Under the pieces are notes generated by a model. The model worked only from the letters and a program-made list of their open reading frames with translations. It ran no database searches and had not been told where the DNA came from. 64,000 bases of DNA from Chloroflexaceae bacterium. Its GTDB lineage: Bacteria > Chloroflexota > Chloroflexia > Chloroflexales > Chloroflexaceae. A program made the translations under genes and the position numbers. Positions 54,853 to 63,374 of the stretch are shown here, piece after piece. Where the stretch lies: contig DAOTUI010000072.1 in assembly GCA_034437035.1 (NCBI GenBank), positions 55,107 to 119,106 on the forward strand, read 5' to 3'. How positions within the stretch are numbered: position 1 is the stretch's first letter; each line of letters begins with the position of its first letter.

Positions 54853-55805
54853 ACTTCTACCAGATCCAGCAGATTCAACTGCCCAACCTCCGCTTCCGGC
54901 CGTAGATCGGCCAGCCGTGGTATGGCCTGCTGACTCAATTCAAAATAATCCCGGAACCGCTCGATGCCGATGCAGGCCAGACCCTGCGCTTCGGCGGCAG
55001 CAACAGTTGAGCCGGAACCCATAAACGGATCGAGGATCAGCCCCGTCCCCAACGGCAGTGCGGCCCGAACAACCTGACGCAGGAAGGATTGTGGTTTCAA
55101 ACTGGGATGATCAGCAATATCCCGCTCTCGCCGGGGCGTCCGCTCGCTAACAATAACATCGCTGAAGGGCTGCTCCGCACTGATCCGCCGCAGGCCACCC
55201 GTGCCATAGGTGCGCAGACAATCGCTGACCTTCATCCCCGGTGGTAGCGGCTTGCGGAAGATTCCCCAGGGCTCATAACAGCCGCGTGGCAACGAGCAGA
55301 CCTCGGAGAATTCATCTTCGGCGTTTTTGGGCCGGTCGCCGCCCCGCAGTGTCCGCACCAGGCGGATCAACTCGCCCCGAAACTCTAACCCACCCTCAAC
55401 CAGTGCTGCGAACAGCAGTTGCGACAGGAAGGCATTACTGGCAATACACACATGACCGCCGGGAAGCAGTGCCCGCACCGCTAACCTGCTCCACTCATAA
55501 AAAAACCGCTGGAGCAGTGCCCGCTCTTTCAGTGTGAGTGCCGTAAAGCGTGGAAGCGGTGCCCGGTTGCTCCCATCAAAGGAAGGTGGAATGCGCCAGA
55601 TGCCGCCCTGACCACTGGCCCGCTTCGCCATCTGCTCAAAGTCATACTCCTTCACGCCATAGGGCGGATCGGTGACAATGGCGTGAAGACTATCTCCCGG
55701 AATACGGCTCATCCACTCAAAACAGTCAGCATGTAGCACCAGCGAAGTACGGAACTGCACTGACTGATAATCCAGTGCCAAAGCAGCAGGTTCGGTAGCA
55801 GACAT
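54840..55805 (-). CDS. Beta-class DNA methyltransferase (DPPY, probably N6-adenine; N4-cytosine not excluded)
   Basis: Motif IV TDPPYGV lies near the N-terminus and motif I LDPFMGSGST near the C-terminus (beta permutation). Confidence 0.85.
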   Translation of the reverse strand: MSATEPAALALDYQSVQFRTSLVLHADCFEWMSRIPGDSLHAIVTDPPYGVKEYDFEQMAKRASGQGGIWRIPPSFDGSNRAPLPRFTALTLKERALLQRFFYEWSRLAVRALLPGGHVCIASNAFLSQLLFAALVEGGLEFRGELIRLVRTLRGGDRPKNAEDEFSEVCSLPRGCYEPWGIFRKPLPPGMKVSDCLRTYGTGGLRRISAEQPFSDVIVSERTPRRERDIADHPSLKPQSFLRQVVRAALPLGTGLILDPFMGSGSTVAAAEAQGLACIGIERFRDYFELSQQAIPRLADLRPEAEVGQLNLLDLVEVQAL

Positions 55806-55807
55806 GG

Positions 55808-56053
55808 CTAGATTTCCTCAATTGACTCACCCAGCGCATAGACCGGGCTTAACTCGCGCAAGATCTTTTCCAACTTCTGCCGATCAGCCGCATCACCCGC
55901 CAGGATGTTCTCGAAGTCAGCCACGCTGAGGATTATAGCCTGAGGGGTATTCCGGCGGCGAACAATATAACGCGTGTTGTTCTGAACCACATCATCAAGC
56001 ACCCGCCCAAAGTTATTCTGGGCCTCGGTTGAAGCAATCAGTTTGGTTCCCAT
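55808..56053 (-). CDS. Phd/YefM-family antitoxin-like protein, translationally coupled to the methyltransferase
   Basis: STEAQNNFGRVLDDV...YIVRRRNTPQAIILSVADFENI matches the Phd/YefM N-terminal fold pattern. Stop TAG at 55808-55810 lies 2 nt from the methyltransferase ATG, with a GAGGAAA SD inside its 3' end. Confidence 0.8.
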   Translation of the reverse strand: MGTKLIASTEAQNNFGRVLDDVVQNNTRYIVRRRNTPQAIILSVADFENILAGDAADRQKLEKILRELSPVYALGESIEEI

Positions 56054-56074
56054 AGTTACCCGAAATGACTATAG

Positions 56075-56111
56075 TAGCTAATTTGAATAAGTGGATTGTA
56101 TAGCTAATTTG
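56075..56111. promoter_or_regulatory. Two direct TAGCTAATTTG repeats (26-bp spacing) upstream of the phd-like gene
   Basis: Copies at 56075-56085 and 56101-56111. TAGCTA is itself palindromic. Confidence 0.35.
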
Positions 56112-56166
56112 TGTGACTGTCAAGCGAGAAAAAGTAGCCTGGGGCTAAGAGGGAATTACGCTTTAA

Positions 56167-56361
56167 CAGGACTTACGCAGTTCTCCATCTGGAGATGTAT
56201 TTCGCCTCCGGCAGGGCGGAACAGACCACCTTTTTCACAACATTTTTGCACAATGTGCAAAAATGTTGTGAAAAAAGATCAAAACGTACCACGCTGCCGC
56301 AGGCGAATCGGGCTTTCATCCGGTCAAACGTCCCGTTTGCATGTCAACTGCATAAGTCCTG
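56167..56361 (+). mobile_element. MITE-like repeat copy D with perfect 7-bp TSD GCTTTAA
   Basis: TIRs CAGGACTTACGCAGT / ACTGCATAAGTCCTG. TSD at 56160-56166 and 56362-56368. The central perfect palindrome lies within 56230-56276. Confidence 0.92.
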
Positions 56362-56487
56362 GCTTTAAGGTGTGATCCGGATGGGGAGGGCAGTTCTCAA
56401 GCTGTACACCCCCAAATCTCGGTGCTCTCGGTGTTCTCGGTGGCGCAAAAGACCGCAGACGGCGGTGCTCTCCGTAACCCTCTGTCG

Positions 56488-57195
56488 CTAAACCGAACCA
56501 ACTTTGCGCGCCCGCACAACGAGAAACCAGGGGTTGCGCATGACGCGCTCGTACAGGTCGGGCGCTACCCGCTGAAAATCGGCGGTAGGCTGCGGCTCCA
56601 GCAGGCGCTCGATCACAAAGCCGGCCGCAGCCGGCGCCTCACTGATAGCCGTTAACGGTCGCCGGTAGAACTGCACCGTTCCAATAGCCTCCCAGGTATC
56701 CTCCAGCAGGGTCAGGGCGAAGTAATCGCCGGTCTGAAACATCTGCCAGTCCATGCAGGGGTGATGGGTGGAGAAAACCAGCACGCCCTGGGGCCGCAGC
56801 ACACGCGCGAACTCGCACAACGTCGGTTGCCAGTCTTGCAGGTAGTGCAGCACCAGGGAGCAGACAATCGTATCGAACGCGCCGGCGGCGGCAAAGTCCA
56901 GCGGGCGGGTCAGGTCGGCCTGCCGCACCGTCGCGCGCCCCCCCACATGCTGCCGGGTCAACGCCACAAATTCGGCGTTCAGATCGCAGGCCGTGACCGT
57001 CGCTCCCTGATCGAGCAGATACTCCGCATACCAACCGGACCCGCAACCGACATCCAGCACCCGGTTCTGCGCCAGGGAGGGGAGCAGCGACAGAACGGCG
57101 GGCCGTTCATAAAAGGCATTCATCGGGTTGGTATCAACCTGTCGGGCATACTGCCCGGCGATCCCCTGGTAGCTTGCGCCGGTATGCTCAGGCAT
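56488..57195 (-). CDS. Class I SAM-dependent methyltransferase
   Basis: VLDVGCGSGWYAEYL motif I and DTIVCSLVLHY motif. Confidence 0.8.
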   Translation of the reverse strand: MPEHTGASYQGIAGQYARQVDTNPMNAFYERPAVLSLLPSLAQNRVLDVGCGSGWYAEYLLDQGATVTACDLNAEFVALTRQHVGGRATVRQADLTRPLDFAAAGAFDTIVCSLVLHYLQDWQPTLCEFARVLRPQGVLVFSTHHPCMDWQMFQTGDYFALTLLEDTWEAIGTVQFYRRPLTAISEAPAAAGFVIERLLEPQPTADFQRVAPDLYERVMRNPWFLVVRARKVGSV

Positions 57196-57207
57196 CAATG
57201 GGAGTTT

Positions 57208-57280
57208 CTGTGCTGTCGCAGGCGATTCTGCCGTTCACCGGGTAAAATGCCCGGTTTGATGAACGACCGCGTAAGTCGTG
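57208..57280 (+). mobile_element. Half MITE copy (3' arm, CAAAC-type hairpin, right TIR only)
   Basis: GCTGTCGCAGGCGATT...ACCGGGTAAAATGCCCGGT...ACCGCGTAAGTCGTG lies between the two methyltransferase genes. Confidence 0.6.
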
Positions 57281-57288
57281 TCTTTGAG

Positions 57289-58041
57289 TCAATGACTGTC
57301 TTCAGTATAGCATAATCGGTAGTCGTCTCGTTCTTGTTGTTTGTCCGCCGGGCCACCGTAGCTTTCTGGTTTGCGCCCCACATAGACCCGGCTCATATAC
57401 GCGGCCCGCAACGGTTGCGTCAGTGTGGACACAGCGACCGTCGGAATGCCGGCGTCATCGAGATAGTGCCGCATGGTTCGCTCAGGGAGGGCCGCAAAGT
57501 TCCAGCGCAAACTGAGCAGGCGCGTCATCGGGCAGGGCCAGGTAACCAGCAGCAGGAAGGGCCGTCCGGGCTTCAGGACACGGAGCAGTTCGGCAATACC
57601 CTCCAGCGCATCCGGCAGATGTTCCAGCACATGCGCCGTCATCACAAAGTCGAAATGCGCATCGGGAAAGGGTAAGCGGGTAATGCCGACCTGGTGCAGG
57701 TCAACCAGCGCGGCAACCCGCTGGTGTGCCAGTGCCAGCATCTCCGTAGAAAGATCAACGCCCACAATGCGCATCGTGGGTGCATGTGCGGCGAGAGCGG
57801 CACTCAGCGCCCCCGTCCCAATACCGGCATCCAGCACCAGTCCGTCATGCGGCAGCGTTGTCAGTATCCCGCTTGCAGTCAGGCGGGCAAACAGGCGTTC
57901 ATAGGCAGCCGGGTAGCCCATCCGGGTAATGGCGGCATCCCAGCGAGCGGCGGCCCGGTTATACATCCCGGACAGCGTATGCTCGGCGTAAAAGACCCGT
58001 TCAACCGAAAGCTGCCAGTTCAAAACGCGCAGTCGCATCAC
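57289..58041 (-). CDS. Class I SAM-dependent methyltransferase
   Basis: VLDAGIGTGALSAAL motif I and FDFVMTAHVLEHL motif. Confidence 0.75.
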   Translation of the reverse strand: MMRLRVLNWQLSVERVFYAEHTLSGMYNRAAARWDAAITRMGYPAAYERLFARLTASGILTTLPHDGLVLDAGIGTGALSAALAAHAPTMRIVGVDLSTEMLALAHQRVAALVDLHQVGITRLPFPDAHFDFVMTAHVLEHLPDALEGIAELLRVLKPGRPFLLLVTWPCPMTRLLSLRWNFAALPERTMRHYLDDAGIPTVAVSTLTQPLRAAYMSRVYVGRKPESYGGPADKQQERDDYRLCYTEDSH

Positions 58042-58107
58042 ACGCTCCTTCCGTCTGCTTATAGTTGTCCGAGCAACAATTATGTAGGCAAGTAATGGAC
58101 AAAAAAA

Positions 58108-58566
58108 TTAATCTGCCAGCAGATTGCGCTCAATCGTGTGCAGTAGCGTTACCAGAGTCTCCAACTCGGTGGCCGAGAGTCCCCGAAAGATCCGCTTGCG
58201 TTCAGCCACCACCTGCGGCAGCAAGCTCTCCATCAACTGTCGGCCCGCTGTGGTCAGGGAGACCAGACTGCGCCGCCGGTCGTCCGGGTCGGGTGTGCGT
58301 TCTACCAGGGCACGCTGTTCCAACGCGTCCACCAGCCGGGTGATATTCGGATGGTCCTGTAGATCGCGGTCGGCCAGGTCACTCTGGGCCTGCCCCGGGC
58401 GCTCATAGAGCCGAAACAGCAAAAACCACTGCTCCGGGCTGATCGGCGCGCCCACCCGCTGAAAGAACTTCGCCAGATGAAAGCGCAAGAGTCGGCTGTT
58501 CCGCTGGATAACATAGGCGACAGCGGTATCCAGACTGCTGGTGTCGTTGATATAATCAGTGCCCAT
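58108..58566 (-). CDS. MarR-family transcriptional regulator
   Basis: ISPEQWFLLFRL...QSDLADR...DHPNITRLVDALEQRALVER winged helix. ATG 58566 is preferred to 58644. Confidence 0.85.
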   Translation of the reverse strand: MGTDYINDTSSLDTAVAYVIQRNSRLLRFHLAKFFQRVGAPISPEQWFLLFRLYERPGQAQSDLADRDLQDHPNITRLVDALEQRALVERTPDPDDRRRSLVSLTTAGRQLMESLLPQVVAERKRIFRGLSATELETLVTLLHTIERNLLAD

Positions 58567-58709
58567 AAAATACTTGCCTGAGCAAACATTACTAAGGCAA
58601 GTATAGCGGGTGAGACTTCGGTTGTCAAGTGTTCTGCGTGTCATTCAGCTCAACTCTAGAACATGTTCATCCTCATACTTTTCGATCAACACGCTGATAA
58701 CTTCAATCA

Positions 58710-58905
58710 CAGGAGTTACGCGGTCACGAACCCAAAAGGACATTTCGCCTCCGGCAGGGCGGAAGAAACCACTCTTTTTCACAAGATTTTTGCACTTAGT
58801 GCAAAAATCTTGTGAAAAAGAAGGAAAAGTACCACGCTGCCGCAGGCGAAATCCGCCGTTATCGGGAACAAAGGACCCGTTTGAACGCGCACTGCGTAAG
58901 TCCTG
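58710..58905 (+). mobile_element. MITE-like repeat copy E with perfect 7-bp TSD TCAATCA
   Basis: TIRs CAGGAGTTACGCGGT / ACTGCGTAAGTCCTG. TSD at 58703-58709 and 58906-58912. Central 22-bp perfect palindrome at 58774-58820. Confidence 0.92.
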
Positions 58906-59419
58906 TCAATCAGTGATGCCAACGGGTGGGTGAAGATGAAACCCACCCAGATCAATCAGGGTGTCAAGCATGGCAACCAGATTGGTTGTACTCATACTCA
59001 GTATGGGGAACAAACAGGAGCGGCGCAAGGGTCGGTCATACCTGTGCAACGGTTTCCATTTCGCTGCTCGTCATTGCGTTATTCTTTCCGTTTTTCAGGA
59101 TCAAAAAGGTATATCATCGAGTTTGTCGTTCGCTGATAAATCTGCGCGTTTTAACTCTACCGGGATTGCTATAGTATAGCCGGTTTTCAGTTTCGCAAAG
59201 AGGAGAATGGTTCGGCTATGGAGTGCAGGAGCATAGCTCCCGGCAACTGCTTACCGCGAACATCTTAGACGGCAGCATGGCTGCCGCACGCCAAAATGAG
59301 CCGCGTTGGACAAACGTTAGAATGGCCCGGCGGTGGCTCCGACTGCCGACACGCCTGCCGGATCTGTGCTATACTTACACTTGTACCGCATTACAGACGT
59401 ATCCGAGTGAGAGCAACTG

Positions 59420-59444
59420 CCCTGCCGGGTGTGGCAGGGTTTTT
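59420..59444 (+). promoter_or_regulatory. Terminator-like hairpin plus T5 inside the helicase 5' leader
   Basis: CCCTGCC-GGGTGT-GGCAGGG-TTTTT ends 31 nt before the ATG at 59476. Confidence 0.4.
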
Positions 59445-59475
59445 AGCTGTTATAGAGTGGAGTATCGCTATTTCC

Positions 59476-61131
59476 ATGACCATATCTTTTGAAACGCTGG
59501 GGTTACGGCCTGAACTGCTTCAGGCGATTAGCGAGTCGGGCTATACCCAGCCAACACTTATTCAGGAAAAGACCATTCCGATCCTGCTGGAGGGCGGCGA
59601 TGTGCTGGGGCAGGCCCAGACCGGCACCGGCAAGACGGCCGCGTTTGCGCTGCCTCTGCTGCACACGCTTGATCTGGAAACGCCCGGTGTGCAGGGGTTG
59701 GTGCTGACGCCAACGCGTGAACTGGCGCTCCAGGTGTCCAACGCGGTCTATCGCTACGGCCAGCATCGCAAGGTCCAGGTGCTGCCGATCTATGGGGGGC
59801 AGTCCTACAGCCGCCAGACCCGCCGCCTGGAACGGGGCGTGCATATCGTGGTCGGGACGCCGGGGCGTACCCTGGACCTGATCCGCCAGGGGTTGCTCGA
59901 TCTGCACAGTGTGCGCTACCTGGTGCTGGACGAGGCCGATGAGATGCTCAAAATGGGCTTTATCGACGATGTCGAGGCAATTATGAGCGAGACACCCGAG
60001 AACCGCCAGACGGCGCTCTTCTCGGCCACGCTGCCGCCGCCCATTCGCCGCCTGGCCGATGGCTATATGCGCGAGCCGCAGTATATCACCACGGGCGAGA
60101 GCACCCGCACTGTTGCGCAGACCGAGCAGCGCTACTACCTGCTGGACGAGTCCTCCAAGATCGGGGCAGTGACCCGCCTGCTCGAAGTGGAGGATATCAA
60201 GAGTGCGCTGATTTTTACTCGCACCAAGGTCGGCGCGGCGGAACTGTCCGAGACGCTGCTGGCGCGGGGCTACTCTGCCGAGGCGCTGCATGGCGATCTC
60301 ACACAGATGGCGCGTGAGATTGTGCTGCGCCGTTTTCGCCAGGGTCAGGTATCCATTCTGGTGGCAACCGACGTGGTTGCGCGCGGGTTGGATATTCAGG
60401 ATGTCTCGCATGTGATCAACTTTGATATGCCTTTCGACGCTGAGGATTATGTGCATCGCATCGGACGCACGGGACGGGCCGGACGTTCCGGCGTGGCGGT
60501 TACGCTGGTGACGGCACGTGAGGTACGGCGGCTACGCTCGATAGAGACCTTTACCCGGCAGTCGGTGATACGCGCGACGCTGCCCAGTGCCGCCGAAGTG
60601 CAGGCGCGGCGCGAGGAGCGTTTCCGGCAGGATCTTGACCAACTGTTGACCCAGACGGATCTGGATGATGCGCGTAGCCTGGTGGCGGATCTGACTGCTG
60701 TCGGGTACGATCTGACTGAGGTTGCCGCCGCCGCCATTCATCTGGCGCGTTCGGAGGAAGCCCAGCGGCCGATTGACGAGGTGCGGGAGTTGTCGGAGCG
60801 GCATGAACGCGCCGAGTCGGGGCGTAAGCGCCGGGCCAGCCGATCCGCTGATGGAACCCGCCAGCCGCGCCGGTCGCGCCAGGGTGTACAGGAACCGGGC
60901 ATGGTGCGGCTGACGCTGGATCTGGGCCGGGCCCACGGTATCCGTCCCGGTGATGTTGTCGGGGCAATTGCGAGCGAGGCCGGGATACCGGGGCGCGGGA
61001 TTGGCGCTATTGATATTCGCCAGAACCAGACCTTTGTCGATGTTAACGAACGGCATGCCGATAAAGTGCTGCGCCAGATGCGCCGCAGCCGACTGCGGGG
61101 ACAGGCCATGAACCTGGTCCGCGCCGAGTAG
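59476..61131 (+). CDS. deaD: DEAD-box ATP-dependent RNA helicase (DeaD/CsdA-like with DbpA-type C-terminal RNA-binding domain)
   Basis: AQTGTGKT, PTRELA, DEAD, SAT and HRIGRTGRAG motifs. Basic C-terminal region. ATG 59476 (MTISFETLGL) is preferred. Confidence 0.9.
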   Translation: MTISFETLGLRPELLQAISESGYTQPTLIQEKTIPILLEGGDVLGQAQTGTGKTAAFALPLLHTLDLETPGVQGLVLTPTRELALQVSNAVYRYGQHRKVQVLPIYGGQSYSRQTRRLERGVHIVVGTPGRTLDLIRQGLLDLHSVRYLVLDEADEMLKMGFIDDVEAIMSETPENRQTALFSATLPPPIRRLADGYMREPQYITTGESTRTVAQTEQRYYLLDESSKIGAVTRLLEVEDIKSALIFTRTKVGAAELSETLLARGYSAEALHGDLTQMAREIVLRRFRQGQVSILVATDVVARGLDIQDVSHVINFDMPFDAEDYVHRIGRTGRAGRSGVAVTLVTAREVRRLRSIETFTRQSVIRATLPSAAEVQARREERFRQDLDQLLTQTDLDDARSLVADLTAVGYDLTEVAAAAIHLARSEEAQRPIDEVRELSERHERAESGRKRRASRSADGTRQPRRSRQGVQEPGMVRLTLDLGRAHGIRPGDVVGAIASEAGIPGRGIGAIDIRQNQTFVDVNERHADKVLRQMRRSRLRGQAMNLVRAE

Positions 61132-61165
61132 GAACGTTCAGGGAGCGGGCGCAGGTCCGGTGGAG

Positions 61166-61846
61166 TTATGCGGGTAGTATCACCAGAACTGCGCCCAGTA
61201 GTGTCGCAATCGTAATCACCGTCAGCATCCCCGTCGGTGTATCCAGCGGGTGGGGCGAAGCCGGGTAGCGCAACGCTACCGCCAGGCCCACCAGGATCGT
61301 CGGCAGCGCCAGCACCCCGGCAAACAACGTCAGCGAGACGACCACCGCGCCTGTGCAGAGACTGCGAAGACGTGCCCGCGCCGCCCGGGCGGCATGCACA
61401 AACAGCGGGTCAAGCCAGACCATCACCCCGATGGGGACGGCAAAGGTCGCCACGATGTACGCCCCGGCATAGAGTGCCGGCTGCGCCACGGGTGATCCGC
61501 CCACTGCCCAGATCTGTTCAGCCGGTAGCGCCAACCCCAGGAACAGGCTAATCGTCCCCACATGAATGACCTGATCCAGCAAGAAGCTCACAATTGACGG
61601 GCCGGGAACCATCCGCCCGTAATGCACCTTCCACCAGTCAGCAGCAATATGCACCGCCGTAATCCCCAGCATCAGCGGCCAGAGCGCCAGGGTTGCCGGG
61701 TCGAGCAGCGGCAAGAGCAGCATACAGAGCAGCACAATGCCCCCATGCAGCAGCAACCCGTACCAGTGCTGCTTCCGCACCACCAGCCAGTAGGGTTGCA
61801 ACACAAAGTCGGCCACCAGATGCGCCAGCAGAAAGAGATAAAACAT
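61166..61846 (-). CDS. DUF3307-family membrane protein
   Basis: MFYLFLLAHLVADFVLQP N-terminus typical of DUF3307. Multiple TM helices. Confidence 0.65.
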   Translation of the reverse strand: MFYLFLLAHLVADFVLQPYWLVVRKQHWYGLLLHGGIVLLCMLLLPLLDPATLALWPLMLGITAVHIAADWWKVHYGRMVPGPSIVSFLLDQVIHVGTISLFLGLALPAEQIWAVGGSPVAQPALYAGAYIVATFAVPIGVMVWLDPLFVHAARAARARLRSLCTGAVVVSLTLFAGVLALPTILVGLAVALRYPASPHPLDTPTGMLTVITIATLLGAVLVILPA

Positions 61847-61917
61847 GATATACCTCACAAACACTGTTCTTCTATGATCAGAAAAACAATGCACGAATAG
61901 CTTCTTACCTTTATGTA

Positions 61918-62107
61918 CACGACGTACGCAGTGGGTGCTCAAACCAGAGGTTTTATCCCGGTAGCACAATGCATTCTGCCTGCGGCAGCATGGTACTCTT
62001 TTTCACAAAAATTTGCTCACGGAGCAAATTTTTGTGAAAAAGATCTGGGTTCTTCCGCCCTGCCGGAGGCGAGATCCGCTTTCAAACGCGTGACTGCGTA
62101 ACGCCTG
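61918..62107 (-). mobile_element. MITE-like repeat copy F (reverse core)
   Basis: TIRs CACGACGTACGCAGT / ACTGCGTAACGCCTG. Central 21-bp perfect palindrome at 61998-62042. Flanks TTATGTA/TTTTTTA may be a decayed TSD. Confidence 0.85.
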
Positions 62108-62126
62108 TTTTTTAGACAATAGAGTC

Positions 62127-62227
62127 TATGCACAATAAGCGGATGTGGCTTCCCAATGGGCTAAAAAGACAACCTTACCTGGTGGTGTTTAGCGCATTCT
62201 GATGCGGTTTCGTGCTTATTGTGCATA
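62127..62227. repeat. IR-bounded module of about 100 bp (TATGCACAATAAGC ... GCTTATTGTGCATA)
   Basis: 14-bp perfect inverted repeat with about 73 bp between the arms, directly after MITE copy F. Confidence 0.55.
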
Positions 62228-62313
62228 AGCTCTAATCATTTGCTTCTGGTGTAAAGACCAGGCAGGCTCATACCGGGGTGACAACACCGGAAGGACAGAC
62301 GGCTTTTTGCCGA

Positions 62314-62350
62314 TAGGGACGCGCAGAAGTATGTCCGCAATGCGCGTCTT
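62314..62350. repeat. Degenerate REP-like unit (TAGGGACGCGCAGAAG ... GCGCGTC)
   Basis: Reverse complement of the CTTCTGCGCGTCCCTA core seen at 43.2 kb. It lies downstream of the Crp-family gene. Confidence 0.45.
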
Positions 62351-62392
62351 TACCATTGCATTCCATCCAAAAACCCTGCCGCCTGCACAACA

Positions 62393-63079
62393 TCAATATT
62401 CAGGCAGGGCGTGCTGAAGCTGCCCCAGATCGAGAATGCGCACGCACGCCCGCTCCACTTGAATCAACCCCTGATCGCGCAGATTGGCAAGCACCCGGTT
62501 AACCGTCTCGCGCGTCGTTCCCGACAGGCTGGCAAGATCATCCTGGGTCAGATGCAACTCGATACTGGTTGCGCCGCCGTTTGTGACGCCATAGCGGGCC
62601 GCCAGGTTGAGCAGTTGATGCACTACCCGCTGTGGGGCGGTGTAGTTTGCCAGATGCCCGGCGTAGGTGTTGCTACTGCGCAGGCGGGCTGCCAGCGTCT
62701 CCAGAATGGCGATGGCAATCGCGGGATGCTCCGTGACGATTGGCACAAAATCGGTGCGGTGCAGCGTCAGCGTTCGGGTTGGCACCATCGCCTCGGCACT
62801 GGCCGAACGTGGCTGGTTATCCAGCAGCGCCAACTCACCGAAGAAATCCCCGGTGCGAAAAATTGTCACCGACAACTCCTGCCCGGTTTCACCGCTGGTG
62901 TAGATGCGCACCTGACCATTTGCAATAATGTAGAGCACACTGCCAGGACTCCCCTGGTGAAAAATCGTTTCGCCCCGCTTGAAGGTCGCATTTCCCAGGC
63001 GTGCAGCCAGCAGATCAAGCTGATCATCGCTGAGACGCGAGAAGGGAGCGACACTCCGCAGCAGTTTTTGTTTATTCAT
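62393..63079 (-). CDS. Crp/Fnr-family transcriptional regulator (cNMP-binding plus HTH)
   Basis: GDFFGELALL cNMP-binding motif and C-terminal TRETVNRVLANLRDQGLI HTH. Confidence 0.85.
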   Translation of the reverse strand: MNKQKLLRSVAPFSRLSDDQLDLLAARLGNATFKRGETIFHQGSPGSVLYIIANGQVRIYTSGETGQELSVTIFRTGDFFGELALLDNQPRSASAEAMVPTRTLTLHRTDFVPIVTEHPAIAIAILETLAARLRSSNTYAGHLANYTAPQRVVHQLLNLAARYGVTNGGATSIELHLTQDDLASLSGTTRETVNRVLANLRDQGLIQVERACVRILDLGQLQHALPEY

Positions 63080-63301
63080 TGCGCGCCTCCTGGCTGACCA
63101 CTGAGATATTTCTAGTATAGAACGCTTTTGCGCAGCGCACTATGATCGCTGTCACGCATTGTGATAATCGGCTCAGGAAATACAACCAGCGACGGTTGGC
63201 GGGCAGCCCGACCGTCGCAACCGATGCGTTGCGCACTACCCGCAGAACTATCATACCAGGGAAGGCTTACCAAAATGATGCATGCGGTTACGATCAGGTG
63301 A

Positions 63302-63318
63302 TACGACGTACGCGGTGG
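63302..63318. repeat. Solo MITE terminal repeat (TACGACGTACGCGGTGG)
   Basis: Matches the TIR of copies B1/B3. It is followed by CGAA-rich simple sequence, not by the element core. Confidence 0.4.
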
Positions 63319-63374
63319 GATCCGGATCACGAATAACGCGAAATAAGCGAAAAGCGCGAAACTGCTGGTGCTGA

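Noticed and set aside
56230-56276. Central palindrome as a CRP/FNR operator (contains TCACA and TGTGA)
   Set aside because: The half-sites are in the order TCACA...TGTGA and about 25-30 bp apart. The known arrangement is TGTGA-N6-TCACA, so this does not fit.
59503-60456. 317-aa minus-strand ORF
   Set aside because: It is antisense to the DEAD-box helicase core, where motifs I-VI are all present on the plus strand.
62411-63097. 228-aa plus-strand ORF
   Set aside because: It mirrors the Crp/Fnr gene on the other strand. Only the minus-strand frame shows cNMP-binding and HTH motifs.
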